Assembly: GCA_016192455.1 (NCBI GenBank)
Contig: JACPUC010000014.1
Span: 1 to 64,000 of the forward strand
DNA from: Candidatus Tectimicrobiota bacterium
GTDB taxonomy: Bacteria > JACPUC01
Length of the DNA stretch: 64,000 nucleotides
Direction of reading: 5' to 3'
Part shown: positions 52,499-64,000 of the stretch, in pieces
Position numbering within the stretch: position 1 is the stretch's first letter
Layout of the letters: each line of letters opens with the position of its first letter
Notes under the pieces: model-generated
What the model was told of the DNA's origin: nothing
Seen by the model: the letters and a program-made list of their open reading frames with translations, nothing else
The model's database searches: none
Position numbers and translations under genes: made by a program

Positions 52499-54589
52499 AT
52501 GGCGACCTTGCGCTTCTCGATCATCGCCGCCCATGCCGGGCCACGGCCCGCCGGTGCGCGCCGCGCGCGCCCCAGCGTCCCCTGGCTGACTTCGCTGCTG
52601 GCGCTGGCCCTCCTCCTCGGCCTCGCGGCGCCAGCCGCCCAGGCCGCCGAAACCCCGGCCGCACCGCAATCGACGCTCGCCGCGCGGCTCGAGCAGGCTG
52701 TTGCGAAGCTGGCGGAACACTTGCCGCGGGCGCAGGGAACCATCGCCAACCTGGAACAGAACGGGCGGGCGGCAACCCTCCTGCTGCCGGCGGACGCCGC
52801 GTTGGAGCCCGGGCAGGAGTTCGTCGTCTCGCGTCAGGGCCCGGTCCAACGGCATCCCGTCACCAATCAGCCCTTGGGTCGCTTCCGGGAGCTGCTGGGC
52901 GTGGCCTCGATTACACAGCGCCTGCCGCAGCTTGCCCTGGCGCGGCTTTTTGTAAGCGGCGGGGCGCAGATTGCGAAAGGGGATGAGGTGAGTGTGCCGG
53001 AGCGCTTCACCATTCTCCTCCGCCCGGTGCAGAATGCCACCCCCAGGCTCCTCAACGAGCGCAGCTTCAACGCCCTGCTCGCCAACGCCGTCGAGCAGCA
53101 TCCGCGCTTCACGGTGCGCAGCCTCGAGGTTGGCGAGGAGCCTTCGCAGAGCACCGTTCTGGAGAGCCTCGCGTTCGACCGTTCCTACCAGGTGCTCCTG
53201 CAGCCCCTCCTCCGTCCCGACCGCGAGGAGCTGCGTGCGGAGCTGCGGCTGCACTCTTTGTACAGCCAGCGCACGATGGCCCTGGTGGGCGTCCCCGTCC
53301 CCCTCAAGGAGCTGGAGGTGTCGGCTCCTCTCGTCGCCGCCGCCCCTGCCGTCGGCGTGGCGCAGCCGGCCAGGCCGCTTGAAGGCGCCGCCACGCCCCC
53401 GTCGCCGTCGCCGTCGGGAACCGTCGGCAAACCCACGCGGGCGCTGCGCAACCCCGAGCTGCTCTTCGCCCAAGGATATACGAACAACGCCCCCGCCGCT
53501 CCTCAGAACGGCAGCGGCGCGCCGCTGCAGTCCCAGACCCTGCGGGGCGATCTCCTCGCCTTCGATGTGGGGGACCTGGATGGCGACGGCGTGCCCGAGC
53601 TCGTCGCCTCGTCGAACAACCAGCTCTTCGTCTATCGCTGGCAGAACGGTCAGTTCCAGCTCTCCTCCAGTTTGAAAGGTGAAACCCAAGACACGTACCT
53701 GTCGGTCGATATCGCCGACATCAACGGCAATGGTCGCGCCGAGGTCTTCGTCACGAACCTGCATTCGCGAGTCACCACCACGACCGGCTTCGAGAACGAG
53801 ATGCGCTCCTTCGTCCTGGAGATGCACAACGGCTCCTTGCGGCGCATCTGGCGCAAGGCCCCTTTCTTCTTCCGCGTCATCAAGCCGCCGGAGCGCCCGG
53901 GGGGCATCCTCCTTGCCCAGCGCCTCGGGCAGGGCACACCCTATGAAGGCGCGATCACCGAGCTGGTGTGGAACGGCCGGGCCTACGCGCGCAATCCAAA
54001 GTTCTTCATCCCGGAAGGGTTCCAGATTTACGGCTTCCACTACGGTGACCTCAACGGCGATTCGACGCCCGAGATCGTCTTGATCGGGGACGACGGCTAC
54101 CTGCGCATCTTCACCCCGAGCGGCCAGCTCCTCTTCGAGTCGTCGATCGATCTCGGCCTGAACCAGTACGTGAAGATCGAGATGAATCCTCCGCAGGCCT
54201 CGCGCTTCGACCAGGCCACCAGCTCGTCCAGTTTTCAGCCCTTGAGCCAGGCGGTGGCCTACCCGCTGAAGTACCGGCTTCTCCTGGCGGATATTGACGG
54301 CGACGGCTATGCCGAAATCCTCACCCTCGCCAATCCGCCAAGTGGGGGGGTCAGCCGCTTCTTGGCGAACCAAAATCCCACGCAGGGAGGAAGTCTCGTC
54401 GCCTTCGGCTGGACCGGCGCCTCGTTCGCGAAGCTGTGGGAGACGCGTCAGAAACGCGAGCTCTTTTACATCGACCTGGCGCTCCTTGATCCGAAGCGCA
54501 GCGGTTTGCCGTACGCGCTCTTGCTCGGCGTCGAGAAGAAGCTCATTGGTCGAGGCGCCAGCGTCCTGCAAGTTCTGAACTTCTACTGA
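52499..54589 (+). CDS. Exported protein: FlgT-C/CsgG-like N-terminal module, Pro-rich linker, FG-GAP/VCBS repeats
   Basis: Signal peptide ending AQA; repeats GDLDGDGVPEL, ADINGNGRAEV, GDLNGDSTPEI, ADIDGDGYAEI. Confidence 0.8.
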   Translation: MATLRFSIIAAHAGPRPAGARRARPSVPWLTSLLALALLLGLAAPAAQAAETPAAPQSTLAARLEQAVAKLAEHLPRAQGTIANLEQNGRAATLLLPADAALEPGQEFVVSRQGPVQRHPVTNQPLGRFRELLGVASITQRLPQLALARLFVSGGAQIAKGDEVSVPERFTILLRPVQNATPRLLNERSFNALLANAVEQHPRFTVRSLEVGEEPSQSTVLESLAFDRSYQVLLQPLLRPDREELRAELRLHSLYSQRTMALVGVPVPLKELEVSAPLVAAAPAVGVAQPARPLEGAATPPSPSPSGTVGKPTRALRNPELLFAQGYTNNAPAAPQNGSGAPLQSQTLRGDLLAFDVGDLDGDGVPELVASSNNQLFVYRWQNGQFQLSSSLKGETQDTYLSVDIADINGNGRAEVFVTNLHSRVTTTTGFENEMRSFVLEMHNGSLRRIWRKAPFFFRVIKPPERPGGILLAQRLGQGTPYEGAITELVWNGRAYARNPKFFIPEGFQIYGFHYGDLNGDSTPEIVLIGDDGYLRIFTPSGQLLFESSIDLGLNQYVKIEMNPPQASRFDQATSSSSFQPLSQAVAYPLKYRLLLADIDGDGYAEILTLANPPSGGVSRFLANQNPTQGGSLVAFGWTGASFAKLWETRQKRELFYIDLALLDPKRSGLPYALLLGVEKKLIGRGASVLQVLNFY

Positions 54590-55634
54590 GAGCGCACGTT
54601 GCGTTCGACACCGCGATGACTCGTTGCCTTCGTCTCCTCATCGCTTGCAGGAGGAAGGCGCCCAAGGTTGGGTTCTCTCCTCATGGAGATATCCCGTTGC
54701 CAGTCTGGACACCACAAAGTCCTGCGCGTGTTTTTTCCCGCCGCGTTGAGATGATCTTCTCCGGGTAGCGAAGGACCGCAGCCTCCCGGGTCTTACCGGC
54801 TGAGGGAGAACGTCCCCCCTTAGCCATCCCTGCTTCTCCTGCCTCGCCACAGCTACACCCTTTCCACCTTGCAGGTCGTGGCGGCAAAGTGTCACGCACC
54901 ATATCGGAGGCGAGGATCGCGCTGCGCCCCACTCCTGCCGCGTTGGGCGCAATCGGAGTGTGCAGAAGGTCCCCCGCAGAGGAAACCATCACGGCACTCC
55001 CCCGCCTTGCTCTCTCCTCCTTTTCAATCGTCTCTGCAGCAGCCTGACGCCTGACCGGCGCCACTGTGCCACGAAAGTGCACCGCCTGCCGGCGCGCCCC
55101 GCCTCGCAACCCTGCCACCACGCGCTGTCGCACGCCCCTTCGCCGGGGCAGAAGCGCATCTGATCCGCTTCCACCTGGAACGCCAGAGGTGGAGTTCTTC
55201 TTGACGGTTTTTGGCCGCGAGGGAATAGACCACGACAGTGGGAACGTTTAACGGTTGGCGGCATGCCAGACCGTGTAGTGGCTCAGGAGCTTCCTCGGAT
55301 TGAGGAAGGCAATGCGTGCGGTGATGTGATTGAGACGTGCTTGCCTGGGTGCGACGCACAGGCAGACCCATTGCGGCGCAGGCAGGAGAGCCTCTTCGCC
55401 CGGAACACTCCGTGTCCCCCATCGCGGAGATTTCTGACCCTGGGCGGCGGATTCCCCTCCGCCATCAATGATGAAGCGGCTCCTCCTGCTCCCGCGCAAG
55501 AAAACCACCAGCGCCGACGTGGAGGAGGAGTGGGGGTCCATGGCGGCGATCAAGATTCAGTAAAGAGCGGACCGAGGCGAAACGCTATCCGCTCGGCGAG
55601 GCTTTGCGCGAGATTCCCCTTGGAGGAGAGAATC

Positions 55635-57332
55635 ATGCAGCGAAAATGGTCAGCAACTTGCGCCTTGCTCATCTCCCTGCTCTTCCTACCGGGAGCGGCT
55701 CTGGCCACGATTGTCGCGGCAGGGCCGTTCGCCAATCCGGCACAGTGGCCGGCCGCCGCAAAGGTGAACACGTTTTACGGCAACAAGGATGTGGTGCTAT
55801 CGTTCGGGGTAGCGCAGGAGAATGATTTCACGCACGTTGAGAATACGGATGATTTCAACAAGAATAAGGGCCATGCCTTCTCCAACATCAACCAGGAGAG
55901 CGTCTTCGTCGTCATTGGTACGCTTCCCGGCCAGTGGAAGATGCTCTTCATGCTCGAGCATGAGGCCGCCTTCAGTCAAGGCAATGAGGGAGGCGGATCG
56001 GCGGAGATCGGTTTGGAGCGCGCCTGGGTGGAGTACAAGCTGCCCTGGTTTAAAACCTGGTGGGTCAATGTCGGCAGCGCCATCGATGCGCCGCAACTCT
56101 TCCACACTGTATTTCTGGGCGACAACTTCGGCGTCCGGGTGTTTGGCGACCTGGCCAAGAACCTGAGTTGGCGGTTCGGGTACCTGAAAATTGAAGAGAA
56201 CCTTGACGCCGGCGGCATCGGCGTCGGCGTCGCCGGCACCTTCGGGCCTGACGCCACCACAGGTCCGCTGGCGGTGGCCGGTCCCACCGGGATCGCCAAC
56301 GCCGGGAACGGCATCGGCGGCGATAATGATCAAGACCTGTGGTACGGCTACCTCGACTGGCGTCCTGGCAAGCAGCGCCTGCGCCCCTACTTCCTCTTCA
56401 ACCGCGATTTCACGGAGAATTGCACCCCCGCCGCCATCGGCAGGGGTTGCACGGCTCCCGGATCACCCGTCAATGAGAAGCAGCTCGAGCAGGTCTATGT
56501 TGGCCTGGACGGGCAATTCAAGGTGGGACCGCTGAACATCGATGCCTCGGGCATCTACATGGGCGGCAACCTCGAGAAGGCCGGCGGTTTCGACGGCGAC
56601 TTGCGCGCCTTCCACTTCTATGCCGACGTGCAGTGGCCGATGGGAAAGTGGACGCCGCACCTGGGAGGATTTTTCTCAAGTGGCGACGACGATCCGACTG
56701 ACAGTGATCTGGAAGGCTTCGGCGAGGCCAACAACCTTGCCATCGTGAACCAGGATATCTGGGGGGGCGAGCATCGCCTCATCGGCGAGGCCGGGGAGCC
56801 AAGGGGTCTCGGGTTCTTCGCCGAGTCAACCTTCACGACGAAATTTGTCGGTCCGTCGGCGCGCTGCCCCGCCGGCTCGCCACGCGGCTTCAACGGCCAG
56901 GCAATCTGCAAGGGGCCAAAGTTCGGAGCGGTCTTCAACCAGCCCGGGGGCGCCGTCAACCGCGACGGTCTTGGGTTGCAGAATCCGGGTCTCTGGGGAA
57001 TCAACCTGGGGTTGGACTACCAGGCTACCAAGCGTCTCTTCCTCAATACGAACCTCACCTACTTCTCCTTCGCGGAGGCGGAGGATCACTTTTCCAAGTC
57101 GTTGGGAATCCGGGCTAATCGGTTGACCGCGGCGCCTTCGCGGTCCACCAACTTCGATGACGAGATCGGCTTTGAGTGGAACATTGGCGGAACCTTCCGC
57201 CAGAGCCGCAACTTCTTCATCGATGGCAGCTTCGCTACCCTCATCCCGACGAGCAGCGGTGTCGTCAAGCAGCTCTACGGCGAAGATGACCTTGCCTGGT
57301 CGGTGTTCCTCGAAACCCACTGGCGCTTTTAA
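55635..57332 (+). CDS. Putative outer-membrane beta-barrel porin
   Basis: GGAGGAG RBS, signal peptide (GAALA), EIGLERAWVEY, alternating beta-strand pattern, Gly/Asn/Asp-rich loops, C-terminal ...LETHWRF. Confidence 0.8.
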   Translation: MQRKWSATCALLISLLFLPGAALATIVAAGPFANPAQWPAAAKVNTFYGNKDVVLSFGVAQENDFTHVENTDDFNKNKGHAFSNINQESVFVVIGTLPGQWKMLFMLEHEAAFSQGNEGGGSAEIGLERAWVEYKLPWFKTWWVNVGSAIDAPQLFHTVFLGDNFGVRVFGDLAKNLSWRFGYLKIEENLDAGGIGVGVAGTFGPDATTGPLAVAGPTGIANAGNGIGGDNDQDLWYGYLDWRPGKQRLRPYFLFNRDFTENCTPAAIGRGCTAPGSPVNEKQLEQVYVGLDGQFKVGPLNIDASGIYMGGNLEKAGGFDGDLRAFHFYADVQWPMGKWTPHLGGFFSSGDDDPTDSDLEGFGEANNLAIVNQDIWGGEHRLIGEAGEPRGLGFFAESTFTTKFVGPSARCPAGSPRGFNGQAICKGPKFGAVFNQPGGAVNRDGLGLQNPGLWGINLGLDYQATKRLFLNTNLTYFSFAEAEDHFSKSLGIRANRLTAAPSRSTNFDDEIGFEWNIGGTFRQSRNFFIDGSFATLIPTSSGVVKQLYGEDDLAWSVFLETHWRF

Positions 57333-57364
57333 ACCAAGCACCCACCCGACACCGTTCACACCCT

Positions 57365-57400
57365 CAACAACCCCCGGGCAGAGAAGCCCGGGGGTTGTTG
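57365..57400 (+). terminator. Strong hairpin (probable terminator) after the porin gene
   Basis: Perfect 15-bp inverted repeat CAACAACCCCCGGGC-N6-GCCCGGGGGTTGTTG. Confidence 0.75.
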
Positions 57401-57731
57401 TCGTGTCATGATCCAGCGAAGCTCCAGGAGAGCAGCCCCAGATTGGCCCCAGCGCCGCTCGCGACATCAGCAGCTCAGCTTCCGACCGACCTGCGCGTCC
57501 GGCCTCATCCTTCGATTCCCTGGCAGGCACCGCGCGAGCAGCGGCAAGCTCATGCGGATGCAGACGAAATGAGTTCTGGGGATTGCGGAGGACCAGCGGG
57601 CGGGCTATGATCCTCTCTAGTTGAGTAGTGCCGCCCCGCACGGCGGATCCTCCCCTGTCTTGGGAAGCGCCGGCGCGCGCGGCCGCCGTTGCGGCGGCAA
57701 CGCCCCCAGTCTCCGCGAAAGGTCTCACCAG

Positions 57732-58709
57732 ATGAGATGGCGCCACGCGCGGATGCTCCTGCTGCTCGGCAGTCTCCTCACCGGGCTGCTCGGTTGCTCG
57801 CAGGTGAAATCCACCCTCGCTCCCGTGGGATCAGCGATCAGCAAGGCAGCCAGCCCATTGCGTTCGCTTGGGCATAGGGTCACCGGCAGAGACCCCAATG
57901 TCCCCTCCACCGAGGTGAGCGCCACGGCGGCCATCTCTGCCGAAGAGGCTTTTCAAACGGACGTCGAGGCAGCAATCCGACAGCGGTTCGAGCCGGTGGC
58001 GACAGACCTCTGCCGGCAGCTTTTGGCGCTGTTCACACCGATGGAAGGGTACGTCGTCTCGGTGGAGGGCGAGCGCGTCCTCCTCGACCTCGGGAAAGGG
58101 GAGTCCCTGCAGGTAGGCCAGGTCCTCGAAGTGGTGCGCAAGGGCGCGGTGTACCGCCACCCTCTGAATTACACGGTGCTGGGTGAATCCGAGGAGATGG
58201 TGGGGAAAGTGGAGGTGCGCGAGGTGGCGGAGAAGCTCTCCATTGCGCGCCTCCTGGAGGCGGCGAACGGGACGACGGTGCGCCCCGGGGACCGGGTGCG
58301 CGTGAGTGCGCGGAAGATCACTCTAGCGCTGCCGCCGCTGCGCAACGCCACGAGCAGCCAGGTCAGCCTCGCAGGGCTCGCCCACTCCCTGCAGACGGCT
58401 CTCGATCAAAGCGGTCGCTTCGAGGTCGTGCCGGCGGAGCAGCTCCGTTCGACCTTGAAGCTGCCAACCATGACGGCGGAACTCCTCAGCCTTCCCGCCA
58501 ACCTTGCCCACCTGCAGGAGCGCTGGCCCGGCAGTTATCTCCTCACCGGCGTGATCACCCCCAGCGAGGAGGGCCTTAGCCTCGCCGTCTCGGTCATCGC
58601 GCCGCGAACGCAGCATACCTGGAGGCTGGTCAGCAAATCCTTCCCCGCCGAGCAGCCGAAAGCAGCCCCCAGCGCGGAAATCCCGCCCGCCTCCCGCGCC
58701 GGCAAGTAA
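57732..58709 (+). CDS. Lipoprotein with FlgT-C/CsgG-like module
   Basis: Lipobox LLGC after basic and hydrophobic leader; EGYVVSVEGERVLLDLG...YRHPL...GDRVRV; SGRFEVV. Confidence 0.8.
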   Translation: MRWRHARMLLLLGSLLTGLLGCSQVKSTLAPVGSAISKAASPLRSLGHRVTGRDPNVPSTEVSATAAISAEEAFQTDVEAAIRQRFEPVATDLCRQLLALFTPMEGYVVSVEGERVLLDLGKGESLQVGQVLEVVRKGAVYRHPLNYTVLGESEEMVGKVEVREVAEKLSIARLLEAANGTTVRPGDRVRVSARKITLALPPLRNATSSQVSLAGLAHSLQTALDQSGRFEVVPAEQLRSTLKLPTMTAELLSLPANLAHLQERWPGSYLLTGVITPSEEGLSLAVSVIAPRTQHTWRLVSKSFPAEQPKAAPSAEIPPASRAGK

Positions 58710-58764
58710 CCAACCTCCACGTCCCGCGCCACCGCTGCCGGCGCGGTTCCTGGCTCCGCTCCTC

Positions 58765-59793
58765 TTACTCCCGCACGCCATCTATCACGACGGAAAAGGT
58801 GCGCCGCGTCGCGCTGAAGGACCATTGACCGCGCAGGCGGAGTGTGCCATCGAGGAAGGTGCCGCTCAGGGTGCCGGAGAAGTTCGACGCGTTCGCCGGA
58901 TTCCCTTGCACTGAGAAGGCTCCATTGAAGGTCAGCGTCACCCCGCCCGATTCCGCAAGCGTGCCGACAATCGAGAGCGCCACCACCTCGACGAGGAACT
59001 CCGGCTCCTCCTCCAGCAGGAACATGCGGCCGGAGAGCTGGGTGCCGGTCTGCGCAAGGACCAGCCGGCTTATCGAGGGATCAAAGAAGGATTGGACTGT
59101 GAGGTCGACGTCGGGGCGGACGCCCCCGGTCAAGAAGCTGCCACCGCCAGAAACCGTGGTCTCGCCGCTGACTCCCCCTGTGATGACGTAGGAACCTGAG
59201 GCGTCAAGGCCGCCGGGAAGCGGCGGAAGCGGCGGCGCCACGGGCTCAGGCCGCCTCTTCGTGAAGGTGATGGTCGTGAAGCTGCTGGAGACGACCTCGA
59301 TGTCCTGCGCTCGTCGCGACGGCCCCTCCAGCGCGCCGGCGGGCGTCAAGACCACCCCCCAGGTGTAGACGCCGCCGTCGAGGCCGTCGGCATCCGGCAG
59401 GGGCGCTTCCAGGACAATGCTGTTGAGCGTGGTGCGGGGCGGAATCACCAGCCCTCGCACCGCCGGCAGGAAGGTGGAGGAGTCATCCCCCCTCGCTGGG
59501 TGAAAGGAAGCAAGATCGAAGAAGAAGAGCTGCTCGTTCGGGAAGCGCACGAAGAGGTACTCATCCACGGCCCGGCTGGCGGCGCTGCCGGTGATGCTCA
59601 GGCTGAGCCGCAACACGTCGCCGATATTGAAGCTGCCCTGGTTTGCGGTGATCGAAACGGTGGGCACATCCCCCCCCTGCGCACGCGCCATCCCGCTGGG
59701 GAGGAGGAGCGCCAGGAGGCCCCCCACGACGCAAGTTCCACGCGCCGCGAGGTGCCAGAAACGCCGAGGGAGTGGTCGCGCGCAGAACTTCAT
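58765..59793 (-). CDS. Secreted beta-rich hypothetical protein, two domains with a Pro-rich linker
   Basis: Signal peptide ending ARA-Q, Ig-like first domain (SFNIGDVLRLSLSI), PEPVAPPLPPLP linker, Gly/Ser/Thr-rich beta C-domain. Confidence 0.7.
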   Translation of the reverse strand: MKFCARPLPRRFWHLAARGTCVVGGLLALLLPSGMARAQGGDVPTVSITANQGSFNIGDVLRLSLSITGSAASRAVDEYLFVRFPNEQLFFFDLASFHPARGDDSSTFLPAVRGLVIPPRTTLNSIVLEAPLPDADGLDGGVYTWGVVLTPAGALEGPSRRAQDIEVVSSSFTTITFTKRRPEPVAPPLPPLPGGLDASGSYVITGGVSGETTVSGGGSFLTGGVRPDVDLTVQSFFDPSISRLVLAQTGTQLSGRMFLLEEEPEFLVEVVALSIVGTLAESGGVTLTFNGAFSVQGNPANASNFSGTLSGTFLDGTLRLRGQWSFSATRRTFSVVIDGVRE

Positions 59794-60171
59794 GTCCAGT
59801 CTCCAGGGTGCAAGGAGGATGGCGCCATGGGCGCATGGCGCGCCTTGAGCCGGATGGGCGCCTGCCCCCAGGACCCGGCGCCGCTTCCGGGTAGCGAAGC
59901 TCGGAAAGCAGCACGCCGCACCGCCTCCCGGCGCGGCAGCGTAAGCCGGCGGCATTCCCTCTGGGCGGCCTCATTCGGGAACCCAGCGCCGCTCTTCGCG
60001 GCTCTCTGATCTGTCGTCACCGAGTACTGAAAATACCTTAGAAAAGCAAGCGTCTTCCCATTAGACTCCTGAATCCGGAAGAGAGTTCACTCCACCTTGA
60101 AAGGCCGAGGCGCAGCGCAGCAGGGTCCGCCTCCCGCCGCCACCGGGCGACCCTGCGCGGCAGGCCGGAAA

Positions 60172-60200
60172 TTGACAGCCTGGCATCGGGGCAGTATCAT
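60172..60200 (+). promoter_or_regulatory. Near-consensus sigma70 promoter
   Basis: TTGACA-N17-TATCAT. Confidence 0.7.
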
Positions 60201-60206
60201 AGATAG

Positions 60207-60378
60207 CGTTGCGAGGTTCGCCTCAAGCCTGCGAAGCACTCCCGAGGGAGTCGGGCGCGCAGCGCTCCTGCGGCGGGGGTGCCGTTGGAAGGGCCAGGAC
60301 GCAGCGCTCCAGAGACCCCGCGCCACCGGAAGCATGCAGCGACGAGGCTTCACCCTCAGGCATGAACCCCTGCGACAC
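60207..60378 (+). ncRNA. Candidate structured RNA or 5' leader of unknown class
   Basis: Starts at the expected +1 of the promoter; nested end pairing GTTGC/GCGAC, GGTTC/GAACC, GCCT/AGGC, AAGCCT/AGGCTT plus internal stems. Confidence 0.4.
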
Positions 60379-60549
60379 GACTTTCACCCCCGAGCCCCGT
60401 ACTCGCCAGGCAGCCAGCCTCTCTCGCCGCGCATGGTGCGCGCGCCTTCCGTGAGAACGCCGGAAGGGGCGTCAGGTGCAGGCTCCGGGGGCGGCGCGGG
60501 GCGGCTTTCCTCATGACTGCGCATCCCGCAAGGTGGCAGAGGAACGATC

Positions 60550-61687
60550 GTGAAGAACTACCTTCTGACCCCCGGCCCAACGCCGCTTGCCCCGGAAGTG
60601 GTTGCCGCCATGGCGCAACCCATCCTCTATCACCGCGCCAAGGAGTTCGAGCACCTCTTCGAGCAAATCCGGATTGACCTCCGCTACCTCTACGAGACCG
60701 CCGGCGACGTGCTCCTCTTCACCTCCTCCGGAACCGGCGCCATGGAGGCCGCGGTCTGCAACGTCCTGTCGCCCGACCAGAAGGCCCTCGTGGTGCGGGG
60801 CGGCAAGTTCGGCGAGCGCTGGGCGGAGCTCTGCCAGGCGTATCACGTGAAGCTCGAGTGCATCGACGTGGAGTGGGGCGAAAGCGTCGAGCCGGCGCAG
60901 GTCCAGCGCCACCTCGAGCAGGACACAGAGATTCGCGCCGTCTTCGTGCAGGCGAGCGAAACCTCCACCGGCGTCGCCCATGACGTGCAGGCAATCGGGG
61001 AGATCGTGCGCAAGTTTCCCCAGACGCTCCTCGTCGTCGACGCCATTACGGCGATGGGCGTCAGTGAGTTGCGGACCGACGCCTGGGGGTTGGACATCGT
61101 GGTTTCCGGCTCGCAGAAGGGGCTCATGCTGCCGCCGGGACTGGCGTTCGCAAGCGTCAGCGAGAAAGCCTGGAGCTTCGTCGAGCGCGCCCAACTGCCG
61201 CGCTACTACTTCGACTTTCGCGCCGAACAGGCCGCGCAGCGCAAGCTGCAGAACGCCTTCACCCCGGCCATCAGCCTGATCATGGGATTGGCCGTGGCGC
61301 TCCAGCTCATCCGCCGGGAGGGCCTGGAGCACGTCATCGCCCGGCACGCGCGGCTGGCGCGGATGACGCGCGCCGCCGTCCGGGCGCTGGGACTGGAGCT
61401 GCTGGCGAAGCGGGCGCCGAGCGCCGCCGTCACCGCGGTGTGGAACCCGCCGGGCGTGGAGGGGAAAGCCATCGTCCGGGGGTTGCACGATCGCTTCGGC
61501 ATTACCATTGCTGGAGGCCAAGGCAAGCTTTCCGGGAAGATCTTCCGGCTCGCCCACCTCGGCTACGTCGAGGCCGGCGACATCCTGATGGGGATCGCGG
61601 CGCTCGAGACGGTGCTCGCGCAGCTCGGGGTCGCGGTGACGCCTGGCAGCGGCGTGGCCGCGGCAGAGGCTGAATTCACCCGCAACG

Positions 61688-61695
<8 letters not shown>
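60550..61695 (+). CDS. Class V PLP aminotransferase (alanine-glyoxylate/serine-pyruvate family; probably acts as phosphoserine aminotransferase)
   Basis: LLTPGPT, SGTGAMEA, GKFGERW, SETSTGV, VDAIT, SGSQKGLMLPPG, FRLAHLG; overlaps serA. Confidence 0.92.

Positions 61696-64000
<2,305 letters not shown>

Noticed and set aside
60305-60480. Canonical glycine riboswitch, SRP RNA or T-box
   Set aside because: Motifs only partly match (CCGGAAG rather than CCGAAG, no proper P3 pairing, no SRP helix-8 or T-box bulge sequence); left as an unknown structured RNA

Overview
A GC-rich (~70%) bacterial chromosomal segment with no rRNA, tRNA, transposase, phage or cas genes. In order: (i) hypothetical protein, cobO and a stand-alone gatA; (ii) a minus-strand accessory block: DinB-like, cupin, UbiD-family decarboxylase, hydantoinase/oxoprolinase A and B, a 29-bp direct repeat, an atypical CX8CX2C radical SAM, a 91-aa protein and an exported membrane-anchored protein; (iii) SDR and TlpA-like genes, then ThDP enzyme, D-2-hydroxyacid dehydrogenase and Fe-alcohol dehydrogenase; (iv) a GT2 + two paralogous twitch-type radical SAMs + GT-C (ArnT-like) cluster; (v) a stress/osmoadaptation region: dodecin, large MscS, retropepsin/7TM-transglutaminase/ATP-grasp trio, CorA, and glgE-treS/mak-glgB-treZ-glgX-(treY remnant)-malQ; (vi) bioB-F-A-D; (vii) an envelope locus where two exported proteins sharing a FlgT-C/CsgG-like module flank a putative porin; (viii) a strong sigma70-like promoter and structured leader before class V aminotransferase, serA and partial purA. 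The best candidates for undescribed systems are the GT2/dual radical SAM/GT-C cluster, the porin locus, the UbiD/hydantoinase/radical SAM block and the structured RNA before the serine operon. All calls come from reading motifs by eye; no database searches were run.
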